A stretch of 64,000 bases of DNA, from assembly GCA_046483985.1 (NCBI GenBank), contig JAWOCD010000031.1, forward strand, positions 32,001 through 96,000, written 5' to 3'. The position numbers were made by a program, and so were the translations under genes. The notes under the pieces were generated by a model. It did not search any database. It had not been told where the DNA came from and saw only the letters and a program-made list of their open reading frames with translations. Below are positions 1 through 9,322 of this stretch, one piece after another. The first letter of the stretch is position 1; each line of letters opens with the position of its first letter. The stretch comes from Promethearchaeia archaeon (lineage in GTDB: Archaea > Asgardarchaeota > Lokiarchaeia > Sigyniarchaeales > SOKP01).

Positions 1-137
1 TCCAAGCTCTTAGAATTAAAAGAACCAATATCATAAGTCCAATTAGTATCAAAAGAAATATAATCAAATCTAACAAAATCTTATCCTCTCATCTCTTCTA
101 GTATTGAAAATGGTTATGATAAATTAAAAATCTTGCT

Positions 138-695
138 TTATTTTAAATCATGGGGTAGTCCAAGTGGAATCGTTTTAATGACCATAAATCGTGAATTTTG
201 TTGTTGTTTTCTGTTAATAAAATAAATTTCTTCCAATTTGAAATTCAAGGGCTTCCATTTTCTTTGTATTTGAGAAAAAACCTTTTTAAATCGACCCTTT
301 CCCCTAAGTTGCCCTATACTTAGATGGGGAGTATATCCTCCTTTAAAGCGATCTAAATCATTAAACTGGGGTAAAATGTCCACGAAGGTTTTATAAAGAT
401 TTAAGATTCTGTTTTTTGGTTCTGGATCTAACCACAAAGTATAATTTTGCCTACGATGATGGAAATAATTTACCTTCTTCAAGGTAATTTCGAAGTGCTT
501 AAGTTTCTGGCATTTTGACTTAAATCTTGGTGTAATATCATCAAATTTGGATCGAGGTACAAACGGATACATCAAATTAATATGGGGCATCCACCGTCTT
601 ATTTGACGGTCGTATTTTTTTCGAATATTCTGGATGGGATTCCACACGCTTTCTGGCGGGATTATAACCACAGCGGAGGTATGAACTTTTTTCAT
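138..695 (-). CDS. 2H phosphoesterase / 2'-5' RNA ligase family protein
   Basis: Two HxT/S-like motifs: WMPHINLMYPF and YTPHLSIG. Confidence 0.85.
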   Translation of the reverse strand: MKKVHTSAVVIIPPESVWNPIQNIRKKYDRQIRRWMPHINLMYPFVPRSKFDDITPRFKSKCQKLKHFEITLKKVNYFHHRRQNYTLWLDPEPKNRILNLYKTFVDILPQFNDLDRFKGGYTPHLSIGQLRGKGRFKKVFSQIQRKWKPLNFKLEEIYFINRKQQQNSRFMVIKTIPLGLPHDLK

Positions 696-816
696 AATAG
701 ACTCCTTAAAGGATTTAAGAATTTAAAGACTTAATAATATATATCAACACATATTTATTGTATTTAGTAATAATAAAGAATAGGTAATAAGTCAGAAATT
801 AGCGAAAATAATAAAG

Positions 817-1323
817 ATGAATATAAAACAACGTCATTTCATCAAGGAATCTACAATTCGAGACCTCAAAAAAGATGTTAAAAACCATTATAACGAGGAT
901 TTTGTGAAAAACGTGTTTCCAGAGGATACCAAAGTCGAATGGATTAAAACAGAAGAGAATGACGAACTCTATGCCATTAATGATGAATTGCGGTTATGGA
1001 AAAGTAAGGATGGTTATATCCCGGTTCTTACGTTATTGTTAGACAATAGAGTTGGTTTAAAATCAGTGCATGTAGACGATGGCGCGATTAGATTCGTGAC
1101 TGATGGGGCCGATATTATGAGACCAGGGATCACAAAAATAAATGATCAGATTAGAAAAGGAGATATTATTCGAATCGCGGCCGAAAAGCAAGATCGAACT
1201 TTAGCTGTTGGAAAGGCACTCTACAATGCAGATGAAATGGAAAAAAAGAAGAAAGGAAAAGTCATTAAAAACCTTCATACGATCAATGACAACGTGTGGG
1301 AATTTGAAAAGGAATTCCATTAA
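817..1323 (+). CDS. DUF1947/pre-PUA + PUA RNA-binding protein (Tma20/MCT-1-like)
   Basis: VDDGAIRFVTDGADIMRPGI and KGKVIKNLHTIND motifs. Confidence 0.9.
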   Translation: MNIKQRHFIKESTIRDLKKDVKNHYNEDFVKNVFPEDTKVEWIKTEENDELYAINDELRLWKSKDGYIPVLTLLLDNRVGLKSVHVDDGAIRFVTDGADIMRPGITKINDQIRKGDIIRIAAEKQDRTLAVGKALYNADEMEKKKKGKVIKNLHTINDNVWEFEKEFH

Positions 1324-1336
1324 ATGCTCAAATTTA

Positions 1337-1876
1337 TTAAACAAAAGGAAATTCTTCCTCAATAACATAAACTGAACCTACTTCAATCCCTTTTTCTACT
1401 GCGTAAATGCTATCCACAATAAATGAGATTTTGTCGAAGAGTTTTTGCACTTTCTTTATTTTTTCCCGAATCTTATACGTTCCTTTAAATTTGGCCACTG
1501 TAAGATGGGGAACATATCCCGTCATAAAACTATTGACATCGTTACAGTTTGGAAAGGTTCTAAGCAACAACTCTTGGAGTTTTTTAATCTTTTTAGTTGG
1601 TTCTGGTTTAAGCCAGACGGAGATTGTCTGATATTTATGTAAAAAAAAGTCTACTTCGGTTAAAGATACTTCAAATGGGTGAAATCTTTCACATACATCA
1701 AAAATATCTCGTTTTGCCCCCGGATACTGCGCTAGTGAGATAAATGGATATAAAAGTTTAATATGGGGCATCCATTCATAGATATCCTCGTCAAATTTTA
1801 ATCGGATATCTTGGATCTCATCCCATTTTGATTTGGGAGGGATAAGAACTAATGCGCTTCGATGATCCTTTTTCAT
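1337..1876 (-). CDS. 2H phosphoesterase / 2'-5' RNA ligase family protein, paralog of 138-695
   Basis: WMPHIKLLYPF and YVPHLTVA; colinear with 138-695. Confidence 0.85.
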   Translation of the reverse strand: MKKDHRSALVLIPPKSKWDEIQDIRLKFDEDIYEWMPHIKLLYPFISLAQYPGAKRDIFDVCERFHPFEVSLTEVDFFLHKYQTISVWLKPEPTKKIKKLQELLLRTFPNCNDVNSFMTGYVPHLTVAKFKGTYKIREKIKKVQKLFDKISFIVDSIYAVEKGIEVGSVYVIEEEFPFV

Positions 1877-2027
1877 TTCTGAGTAAAATAAGTTTTTTAA
1901 ACTTTTAGAATTTTTGATTTTAATCTATTTATAGAACGAGAAGAAAAGGTTATATAATATAGAGAATTTACATTTTTGTTAATAATTCGAATAAAAACTC
2001 AAAATTTCGGTGGAATATTTTTAAAAT

Positions 2028-3272
2028 ATGAAGTTAGCTTTAGTTGATGGGGCATTAGGGCATACCGGAAGCTTTTTGGTTAGACATCTGTTAGACAAAG
2101 GCTGGGAAGTCGTAGCAACGGATTTAAAAGAATCTGATCGGGACGTGATAATGACGAAAGAAAAGGTATTCAGCAAGAGGTTAAAGTACTTAGATTGCAG
2201 AGAGTGGAAAGGGGTAAACTACATCGCAGCCGATCTGACTAAAAAAGAAACTTTAAGAACACTTTTTTCGGATGAAGTCTTTCCCAAAGGAAAGAAAAAC
2301 TATGATGTTATCTTTCATCCTGCAAGTTTATATGATTATGGTGCTTCATATGAACTATTGCATAAAGTAAATTATGATGGATTAAAAAATCTCGTTGAGG
2401 TTATGTTGGAACATACCGATAAGACAAGCACAGAACCCCCACGATTTATTCATTGGTCAACTTGCGGAGTGTATGGGGAACCTATTTATCAAAGAGATGA
2501 AGATGGATATATTTATCCAATCAATGAAGAGGCTCCCTTTAATCCTCCAAATAATTATTCACAGACCAAGGTTGAGCAAGAAAATTTGCTTAATGAATTA
2601 GGAGAACAGCGTAAAAATTTAAAATTTACAATTATTCGTTCTGCTCCAATCTATGGGCCATATCAAACCTACGGAATGTTTCATATCTATCATATGTTAC
2701 ATAAAATGGGAACAATCTTTTTACCAAAAGTGTTTCCAAAGAAACATAAACTTATGATGCCCATGGTCCGGGTGGAAGACTTAGTAGAAGCTGCAATTTT
2801 TCTTTCTGAGAAAGATGATGCGATAGGAGAAGTGTATAACGTTGTAAATGACACACCATTACAAGAAGATTTTCTGGAATTCATTTATAATGAACTCAAT
2901 GTTGATTTTTTTACAATTCCCTGTCCATGGTTTCTATATAAAGTCCTTGCCAAAATTGTATATAACCTCGGGGAGCTAAAAGAGAAAAAAGCACACGATT
3001 ACGGAGTTCGACCAAAATTCGATCTTCCAATGGTAGGTTACTTAACGCATCAATACTACTTTTCCAATCAAAAGATTAAAGAACTCGGTTTTGAATTTCA
3101 ATATAATGACTTCCGAGAATCAAATCGTGAAACAATCGCATGGTATAAAGAGCGTGGTTGGTTTGAAGAGCCAGAATGGGAAGAAAAAGAATATATTAAT
3201 ACAGAATCAAAGCCTGCGCTACCACCCGAGAAGCCCTATAAGACACCAATGGAAGGAGGTGAAGTGTTCTAA
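2028..3272 (+). CDS. Extended SDR NAD-dependent epimerase/dehydratase (3-beta-HSD-like)
   Basis: GALGHTG Rossmann motif, STCGVYG, YSQTK (YxxxK). Confidence 0.85.
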   Translation: MKLALVDGALGHTGSFLVRHLLDKGWEVVATDLKESDRDVIMTKEKVFSKRLKYLDCREWKGVNYIAADLTKKETLRTLFSDEVFPKGKKNYDVIFHPASLYDYGASYELLHKVNYDGLKNLVEVMLEHTDKTSTEPPRFIHWSTCGVYGEPIYQRDEDGYIYPINEEAPFNPPNNYSQTKVEQENLLNELGEQRKNLKFTIIRSAPIYGPYQTYGMFHIYHMLHKMGTIFLPKVFPKKHKLMMPMVRVEDLVEAAIFLSEKDDAIGEVYNVVNDTPLQEDFLEFIYNELNVDFFTIPCPWFLYKVLAKIVYNLGELKEKKAHDYGVRPKFDLPMVGYLTHQYYFSNQKIKELGFEFQYNDFRESNRETIAWYKERGWFEEPEWEEKEYINTESKPALPPEKPYKTPMEGGEVF

Positions 3273-3751
3273 TGGGATTTTTTGTCGCATTTTTATTGAT
3301 CGCTGTGCTTGGCTTCTATTCTCAGTATTTCTACCATAAATTTGGATTACCTAAACACCATTTAGCATGGATATTTTATTACTCCGTTATAGTGGTTGGT
3401 GGATTAATGATAATGGGTATTCTTTTCTATGTGGGAGTGTTTAATAATAATCTTATTGGTATATTCAACCAGATTCCGTGGGTAAATATTGATAATGGAA
3501 AAGATTACATGTGGAACTCATTTCAGTTAATTGGAATCGATTGGAACATCGATTACAATGGTTCTGGATTAAATGCAATTGCAGTTTTACTTTTTCTCTC
3601 CTACCCAACTTGGTATGTGTGCTTTAAGTTAATCTCCAAATACACATTTGGGGGCAATAAAGTATATCAAAAAGGACTATGGTATGTGTTTGGGCCCACA
3701 AAAAAGCCAAAAAAGGGTGAAAAACGAGCAAAAGTACCTGGTAAGACTTAG
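3272..3751 (+). CDS. Hypothetical membrane protein coupled to the SDR gene
   Basis: TAATG stop/start overlap; about 3 hydrophobic segments. Confidence 0.7.
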   Translation: MGFFVAFLLIAVLGFYSQYFYHKFGLPKHHLAWIFYYSVIVVGGLMIMGILFYVGVFNNNLIGIFNQIPWVNIDNGKDYMWNSFQLIGIDWNIDYNGSGLNAIAVLLFLSYPTWYVCFKLISKYTFGGNKVYQKGLWYVFGPTKKPKKGEKRAKVPGKT

Positions 3752-3848
3752 GTTTTTTGGAAAATAGTCAATTTCTTTTCTTATTTTTTTAATTCTCTAT
3801 TTTATTTTGGAAAAATATCTTAAATCTAGTCCACTTATATAATTATTT

Positions 3849-5255
3849 ATGTCTGAAAAAAATAAAATGACCGAACGTGTCCCCAAAAAAATTCAGTTTT
3901 ATTATTCGCTTGGAGAAGTTGGAGATGGAGTAGCATACCAGACGTTTACTTTCCTTATCTTTACCTTTTATTTTGCAGTTGTAAGAATCCCATTAATGCT
4001 AATCACTACTGGTTTTATCATCTGGTCTGGATGGAACTCAATTAACGATTTATTAGTTGGCTTTATCTCTGATAAGACTATTAGCAAGCATGGACGACGT
4101 ATTATCTGGATGAGGATAGCTATTGCTCCGCTCGCAATCATCATGGTGTTATTGTTTACACCTCCATTGAATGCAGAAGTTCCCTTTAAATTCTTATACT
4201 TCCTGCTGATACTATTTCTCTTTGATCTTATCTACACGGCTTGGAATTTAAATTATAACGCGTTCTTTTCAGAGCAATTTACCAGTATGAAGGGAAGAAG
4301 TGAGGTGGGAAAGATTCGGGGAATTTTTGTAATCGTTTCTCTGATTTTTGCGTTTGTACTGCCTTCATTTATTATCGAAGATATGGCAAATCAATATGGG
4401 TATAGTTATACCCCCTTCCAATATATGATTACCGGAATTATTGCCGCAATTATTATTAGTGTTTCCTTGTTTCTCGTTATCACCAAAGGAATTGCCAGAA
4501 AGACGGAATTTGAAGAGGATGCAAAAACGGCTCCCTCGATTAAAAGAGCAATGAAAATTACGCTCAGTAATAAGACATTTCTAATTTTTATGATCCCTGC
4601 ATTAGGCACGTGGATCTGCTCAGGAATTTTACCCACCGCTATTCCCCTCTATGCCACCTATGTCTTGGGTATTGCAGACCAGAATTCCATCTTGATAGGT
4701 GTTCTGTTACTTGCCGCATTTTTAGTGGCGGGTATGAGCATGACCCTTTGGGAAAAGATACGAAGGAGGAAAGGGGCACGCTTTGCGGGACTTTTAGCTT
4801 TTATCCTTTGGGCAATTGGTCAATTCATCTTCATGTACATGCGAACCTTTCCTACCGCAGTAGCTGCTTTGGCATTTGCGGGGATCGGGTTGGGCGGGTC
4901 GTTATATTTTTACGATCAATGTTTGGCTGAGATCATTGATGAGGATGAAATTAAACATAAGACTCGGAGGAGCGGAGCGTATTACGGAATCATTAGCTTT
5001 ATTATTCGAATGTCGGGAGTTATTAACTTTCTGGTAATCGGGTTAGTATTTCAGGGAACTGAATGGGCCTCCAATTACTCCCCAAATCCTGGTGTGAACG
5101 TATTGGCGGGCCTCCAAGTTTTGGTCGGTTGGTTCCCCATTATTGTACTTATTATTGCGTTTATTGGACTTTATTTTTATCCCATAAAAGGCGAGAGGCT
5201 TGATACCATTAGAAAGAAGGTAGATTTACTGCATTTGGAAAAACAGAAAAAATAA
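3849..5255 (+). CDS. MFS transporter, GPH (glycoside-pentoside-hexuronide) family
   Basis: WNSINDLLVGFISDKT..GRR and EIIDEDEIKHKTRRSGAYYG; about 12 TM segments. Confidence 0.88.
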   Translation: MSEKNKMTERVPKKIQFYYSLGEVGDGVAYQTFTFLIFTFYFAVVRIPLMLITTGFIIWSGWNSINDLLVGFISDKTISKHGRRIIWMRIAIAPLAIIMVLLFTPPLNAEVPFKFLYFLLILFLFDLIYTAWNLNYNAFFSEQFTSMKGRSEVGKIRGIFVIVSLIFAFVLPSFIIEDMANQYGYSYTPFQYMITGIIAAIIISVSLFLVITKGIARKTEFEEDAKTAPSIKRAMKITLSNKTFLIFMIPALGTWICSGILPTAIPLYATYVLGIADQNSILIGVLLLAAFLVAGMSMTLWEKIRRRKGARFAGLLAFILWAIGQFIFMYMRTFPTAVAALAFAGIGLGGSLYFYDQCLAEIIDEDEIKHKTRRSGAYYGIISFIIRMSGVINFLVIGLVFQGTEWASNYSPNPGVNVLAGLQVLVGWFPIIVLIIAFIGLYFYPIKGERLDTIRKKVDLLHLEKQKK

Positions 5256-5312
5256 AGGAAGAAAGAACAGATTGCATATCTCTTCTTTATAATTACTATT
5301 TTTAAAAACCTC

Positions 5313-6287
5313 CTAAATCATGCTCTCCCATTGCGTTGTCTGGTTCGAAAAAAAGTCTATATTTATCTCAGCATAATTACTCGAAAAATGTACCCGTAGA
5401 CTGAGATTAGCATCGTATTGGGCAAGCCCTGCTGCGTAGTCCGAAAAGATTTGAACCACAAGCTCCTTTTCATAAGCCGTTTGTTTGCTCGGAAAATCTC
5501 CGTAGGAAACATCATCAACTTCTCCAATTTTTGTATCATCTGGAAGCAGAAGTTGGGAGGGGTCAGTAGTTTCGATGGTATAAATATCCACATTAATCAC
5601 CACGTCCGAAATTGCATAAAAGCCATAGTTCTGTAAATCGAAATACATCGTAATATTGAACTTATCATCGGTATAATTTGTAGGCGTTCCCGCGTTATCA
5701 TAATCGTAGTCATACTCCTCCTTAACATTTACGGAGATATTACTTCCGCTATAGGCAATGCTTCCTAAATAGCCAAGCATGAATAAAGAAATACCCAAAC
5801 CAATTACGCTAAATATTTGATGAATATGAAATTTCTTGGATGCTTTGCGCTCTTTTCCTTTGGCTCTTATATTTTCTATTAATCGTACGCCCGACCCAAG
5901 CGCTCTTACCATCGCACTTGCAAGTAGTGTCCATGCAATAATCTGAAGCCCCAAAACAGCAACAAAGTTTTCGGTTATTATCTGATAACTCCCCCAAGTT
6001 TTTTCCGAAGAAAAACCCCCAAACAAGTAAAATGCATAAAAACCCGAATATATCGCAGAAATAATTCCAATTGCGCTGCTGGTAATGGTCTCCTTAGAAA
6101 ACATATTTTTTCCTAAGGTGATAATTACAAAAATTACTCCAAGTGTAAGCAGATTATTCTTAAACTCAGCCTTGAAGCTGATCAACCCTAATCCAGAAAG
6201 ATAATTAAACAAAATGATCGGAACGACAATATATATAATGGCGCTTATGGTTCCATAAATGATCATTCGAGGAAAATCTAATTTCAT
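5313..6287 (-). CDS. Hypothetical membrane protein with C-terminal acidic soluble domain
   Basis: About 5 TM segments followed by a beta-rich domain. Confidence 0.7.
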   Translation of the reverse strand: MKLDFPRMIIYGTISAIIYIVVPIILFNYLSGLGLISFKAEFKNNLLTLGVIFVIITLGKNMFSKETITSSAIGIISAIYSGFYAFYLFGGFSSEKTWGSYQIITENFVAVLGLQIIAWTLLASAMVRALGSGVRLIENIRAKGKERKASKKFHIHQIFSVIGLGISLFMLGYLGSIAYSGSNISVNVKEEYDYDYDNAGTPTNYTDDKFNITMYFDLQNYGFYAISDVVINVDIYTIETTDPSQLLLPDDTKIGEVDDVSYGDFPSKQTAYEKELVVQIFSDYAAGLAQYDANLSLRVHFSSNYAEINIDFFSNQTTQWESMI

Positions 6288-6728
6288 AGGGTAATTAATT
6301 TACTTACTAACTCAGTTAAAAATCTTACAATTATAATTTAATAATAAGATATTCTTAGGAAGAGGGATTTAGAGAATTTTGTCGGTATTGATCGTGTAAG
6401 CGTATTTTTGTCGGTAACTATTGCAATGGAAACAGAGGGTAACTAAATTCTCAGAAGTAGTTACTACAAACTTTTTTACTTTCTGATTTATAAGGGATTT
6501 CACAAATCATTAGAGTATGATAAGGCTGAATAATATGAATATAAAAGAAAGCGATAGATTAGAAATTTCATATTATCTGGATATGGTATAATCCAGATAT
6601 TATACGGTATTAAGAAGTCAAGATTATTCATATTATTTAGATCACATCTCAAGGAATACACCGAGCATATCGGTAGATTGCTTGGGAATATATGTAAATA
6701 AAACATCAAATGAGGTTTTTGTGTAAAC

Positions 6729-7049
6729 ATGAGTATGTATCGCAGTTATCTGTTATCGAAGAATTTCTGGGCTCGAAAAGGAAATGAAAATAACGATGGT
6801 GAAACCCGAACATACATTAAACATTCCCAAAATGCAGGCGGAATATACGCGATAATTGAGCCTAACGGGCAACGCGGAGTGAAGATTATCGCAGACGGTC
6901 ATGAAAAATTCTTTAATAATTTCGACAAGTTAGATAGATATTTAAACCGATTGGAGCGAAGGGAAAATGATTTCATGAAGATTCTCCGCAGGAAGACGAT
7001 TTCGAAAAAGCTCAGGAAAAGCTCAGATTTAAAAAAGCTTAAAATCTAA
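6729..7049 (+). CDS. Hypothetical basic protein
   Basis: 106-aa ATG ORF followed by a T-rich tract. Confidence 0.5.
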   Translation: MSMYRSYLLSKNFWARKGNENNDGETRTYIKHSQNAGGIYAIIEPNGQRGVKIIADGHEKFFNNFDKLDRYLNRLERRENDFMKILRRKTISKKLRKSSDLKKLKI

Positions 7050-7063
7050 ATCATCATTTTTTA

Positions 7064-7091
7064 TTATTTATTATTTATTATTTATTATTTA
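7064..7091. repeat. TTATTTA x4 microsatellite
   Basis: Read directly from the sequence. Confidence 0.7.
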
Positions 7092-7156
7092 CTATTAGAT
7101 GGCTTTTGAAGTGGTACTTGATAATGTTTTTTATTCTATTATGATTCAAGATCATA

Positions 7157-9217
7157 ATGAATTTTGAGATTAAACACGGAATATTAAATTTTGATGGAAA
7201 AGAGCTGCTTTCCCATCTACCGCAAGGAACCACAATTAATCAAAATCAATATAAGGATAATGAGGTGTTCCTTTCTTTTTCTAAACCTAAAAAATTCTCA
7301 CTAACTTACTGGTCCGGAATGCAATTAGCAAAATTGATTCGGTTCACTTCTCTTTTTCGAGCGCTACCGTATTGGTTTCGCCCCTATTTTGGAAACAAGG
7401 AGTCTGAAATTCCAAAACGTTCCATTATTCTCTGGTATGAGCGAAGTGACGGGTTTATTGTTACCCTTATTCCCCTAATTGATAAAGGATATAATCTTTA
7501 CTTGAACGGGAACCAAGATGGATTAGAACTAATGGCAGATAACAATTGCGAGACCGGAAGAATACGCGTATTAAGGGGATTATACATAAGAGTGGGTAAT
7601 AATCTATATGAAATGTTAGAAAAGGCCAGCAAATCGATTTGTGAATTTGTAGATGCTGGAACCCTACGTAAAGACAAAAGAGTACCAGAATGGGCGGAGT
7701 ATTTGGGATATTGTACTTGGAATACCTTCTATCGGAAGGTCAATCAGGAAAAACTTATTCGGATGGTCCATACAATTGTCAAGAAAAAAGGGATTAATTT
7801 AGGATATGTACTATTGGATGACGGATGGCAAAAAACACGATTTCGAAAGTTGCTGGATAAGGGCGTGGACAGAAAAAAGTTTCCTGATGGATTAAATGGC
7901 ACAATAAAATTCATAAAAACGCGATTTGACGTCTCATTCTTTTTGGTGTGGCATACTTTCCAAGGTTACTGGTCTAATATTGCAATCCATTTCAGCCCAT
8001 ACGGAGAGAAATTCAAGATAACAAAAAATTTACCCCAGTATGGTCCCTCGTATCCAAATATGAGTATCTATTCAAAATGGATAAAAGGGATTAATAAGTT
8101 ACAGCATGCTCTTAAATATCACTATGGGGTATTATATCCAGAACAAATGAGGGAGTTTTGGGATGATTATCATGGATGGTTAGCCTCCCAGGGCGTTGAC
8201 GGGGTGAAAGTGGATAACCAATCCGGAATGGAGTTGCAAACATACAATATGGGTTATCAAGCACATATGATGAGAAAATATCATAGGGTGCTGGAAGAAT
8301 CTGTATCCAGTCATTTTTCTCCGTACAGCATCATCAATTGTATGTCCCAAAACACTAATGTATATTATCAACTAAATGAGAGCAATATTACCAGAAATTC
8401 AAACGATTATTTTCCCGAAAAAGAAAAAAAACAGACTACGCATATAATCTATAATGCTTACAATAATTTGTGGTGCGGAAAATTCGCCCACCCCGACTGG
8501 GATATGTTTCAGACTGAGCACCCGTGGGGAGAATATCAAGCCGCTGCAAGAGCGATCTCTGGGTCTCCAGTTTATTTTGCAGACAATTTTAAAGAGGTAA
8601 ATGCACAAGTTCTAAAGAAGTTGGTACTTCCTAACGGTCGTATCTTACGGTGTAAAGAACCCGCCCTTCTTGCCCAAGAAAATTTATTCCATAATCCAGC
8701 AAAGCCAGGAAGAGCTTTGAAAATATTTAACTATAATCGATTGAATTCTATCGTAGGACTTTTCAATGTAATGCAGAAAAGTGAGACCAAGACATCCTTT
8801 ACTCCGACCCTTGTTGAAAAGTTTAGGAAAAGAAGAAATGAAGGGCACTTTGCAATATATAAATTCAGAACACAGAAACTCAGTACTCTACAATTAAATA
8901 CATCTATAACTATCAATTTAGGAATTAAAGGCTTTGAACTCTTCACAATAGCCGAAATCAAGGATGGTTTTGCTCCTATTGGAATTCTAACAATGTATAA
9001 TTCTGGTGGGATTTTTGAGAAAATAAAAAGAAAAGAGAATCGGATAGAAGTAAAACTCTTATATGGTGGATTAATTGGATTCTATTCCGAGCAAAATCCA
9101 CATAAAATCCTAATAAATGAAAACAAAAAAGCCAAATTTGATTATAATGAAAGCACTAAGCTTTTAACCGTATCCGTAGATAGGGAACAAGCTCCTCACA
9201 TTTCCCTCATTTTTTAA
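7157..9217 (+). CDS. Sip1/raffinose synthase-type alpha-galactosidase (GH36)
   Basis: GYCTWNTFY, LLDDGWQ, DGVKVDNQ, PDWDMFQT, AARAISGSPVY motifs. Confidence 0.9.
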   Translation: MNFEIKHGILNFDGKELLSHLPQGTTINQNQYKDNEVFLSFSKPKKFSLTYWSGMQLAKLIRFTSLFRALPYWFRPYFGNKESEIPKRSIILWYERSDGFIVTLIPLIDKGYNLYLNGNQDGLELMADNNCETGRIRVLRGLYIRVGNNLYEMLEKASKSICEFVDAGTLRKDKRVPEWAEYLGYCTWNTFYRKVNQEKLIRMVHTIVKKKGINLGYVLLDDGWQKTRFRKLLDKGVDRKKFPDGLNGTIKFIKTRFDVSFFLVWHTFQGYWSNIAIHFSPYGEKFKITKNLPQYGPSYPNMSIYSKWIKGINKLQHALKYHYGVLYPEQMREFWDDYHGWLASQGVDGVKVDNQSGMELQTYNMGYQAHMMRKYHRVLEESVSSHFSPYSIINCMSQNTNVYYQLNESNITRNSNDYFPEKEKKQTTHIIYNAYNNLWCGKFAHPDWDMFQTEHPWGEYQAAARAISGSPVYFADNFKEVNAQVLKKLVLPNGRILRCKEPALLAQENLFHNPAKPGRALKIFNYNRLNSIVGLFNVMQKSETKTSFTPTLVEKFRKRRNEGHFAIYKFRTQKLSTLQLNTSITINLGIKGFELFTIAEIKDGFAPIGILTMYNSGGIFEKIKRKENRIEVKLLYGGLIGFYSEQNPHKILINENKKAKFDYNESTKLLTVSVDREQAPHISLIF

Positions 9218-9322
9218 GGTTTTTTGTAAAATTCACTTCAACCCCCCCATCTCCTCATTTAAAGTCTCTTTTAATAAATTTCTAAAAAAAATTTTTAAAA
9301 ATTACTTTTCATTTTTAAAAGT

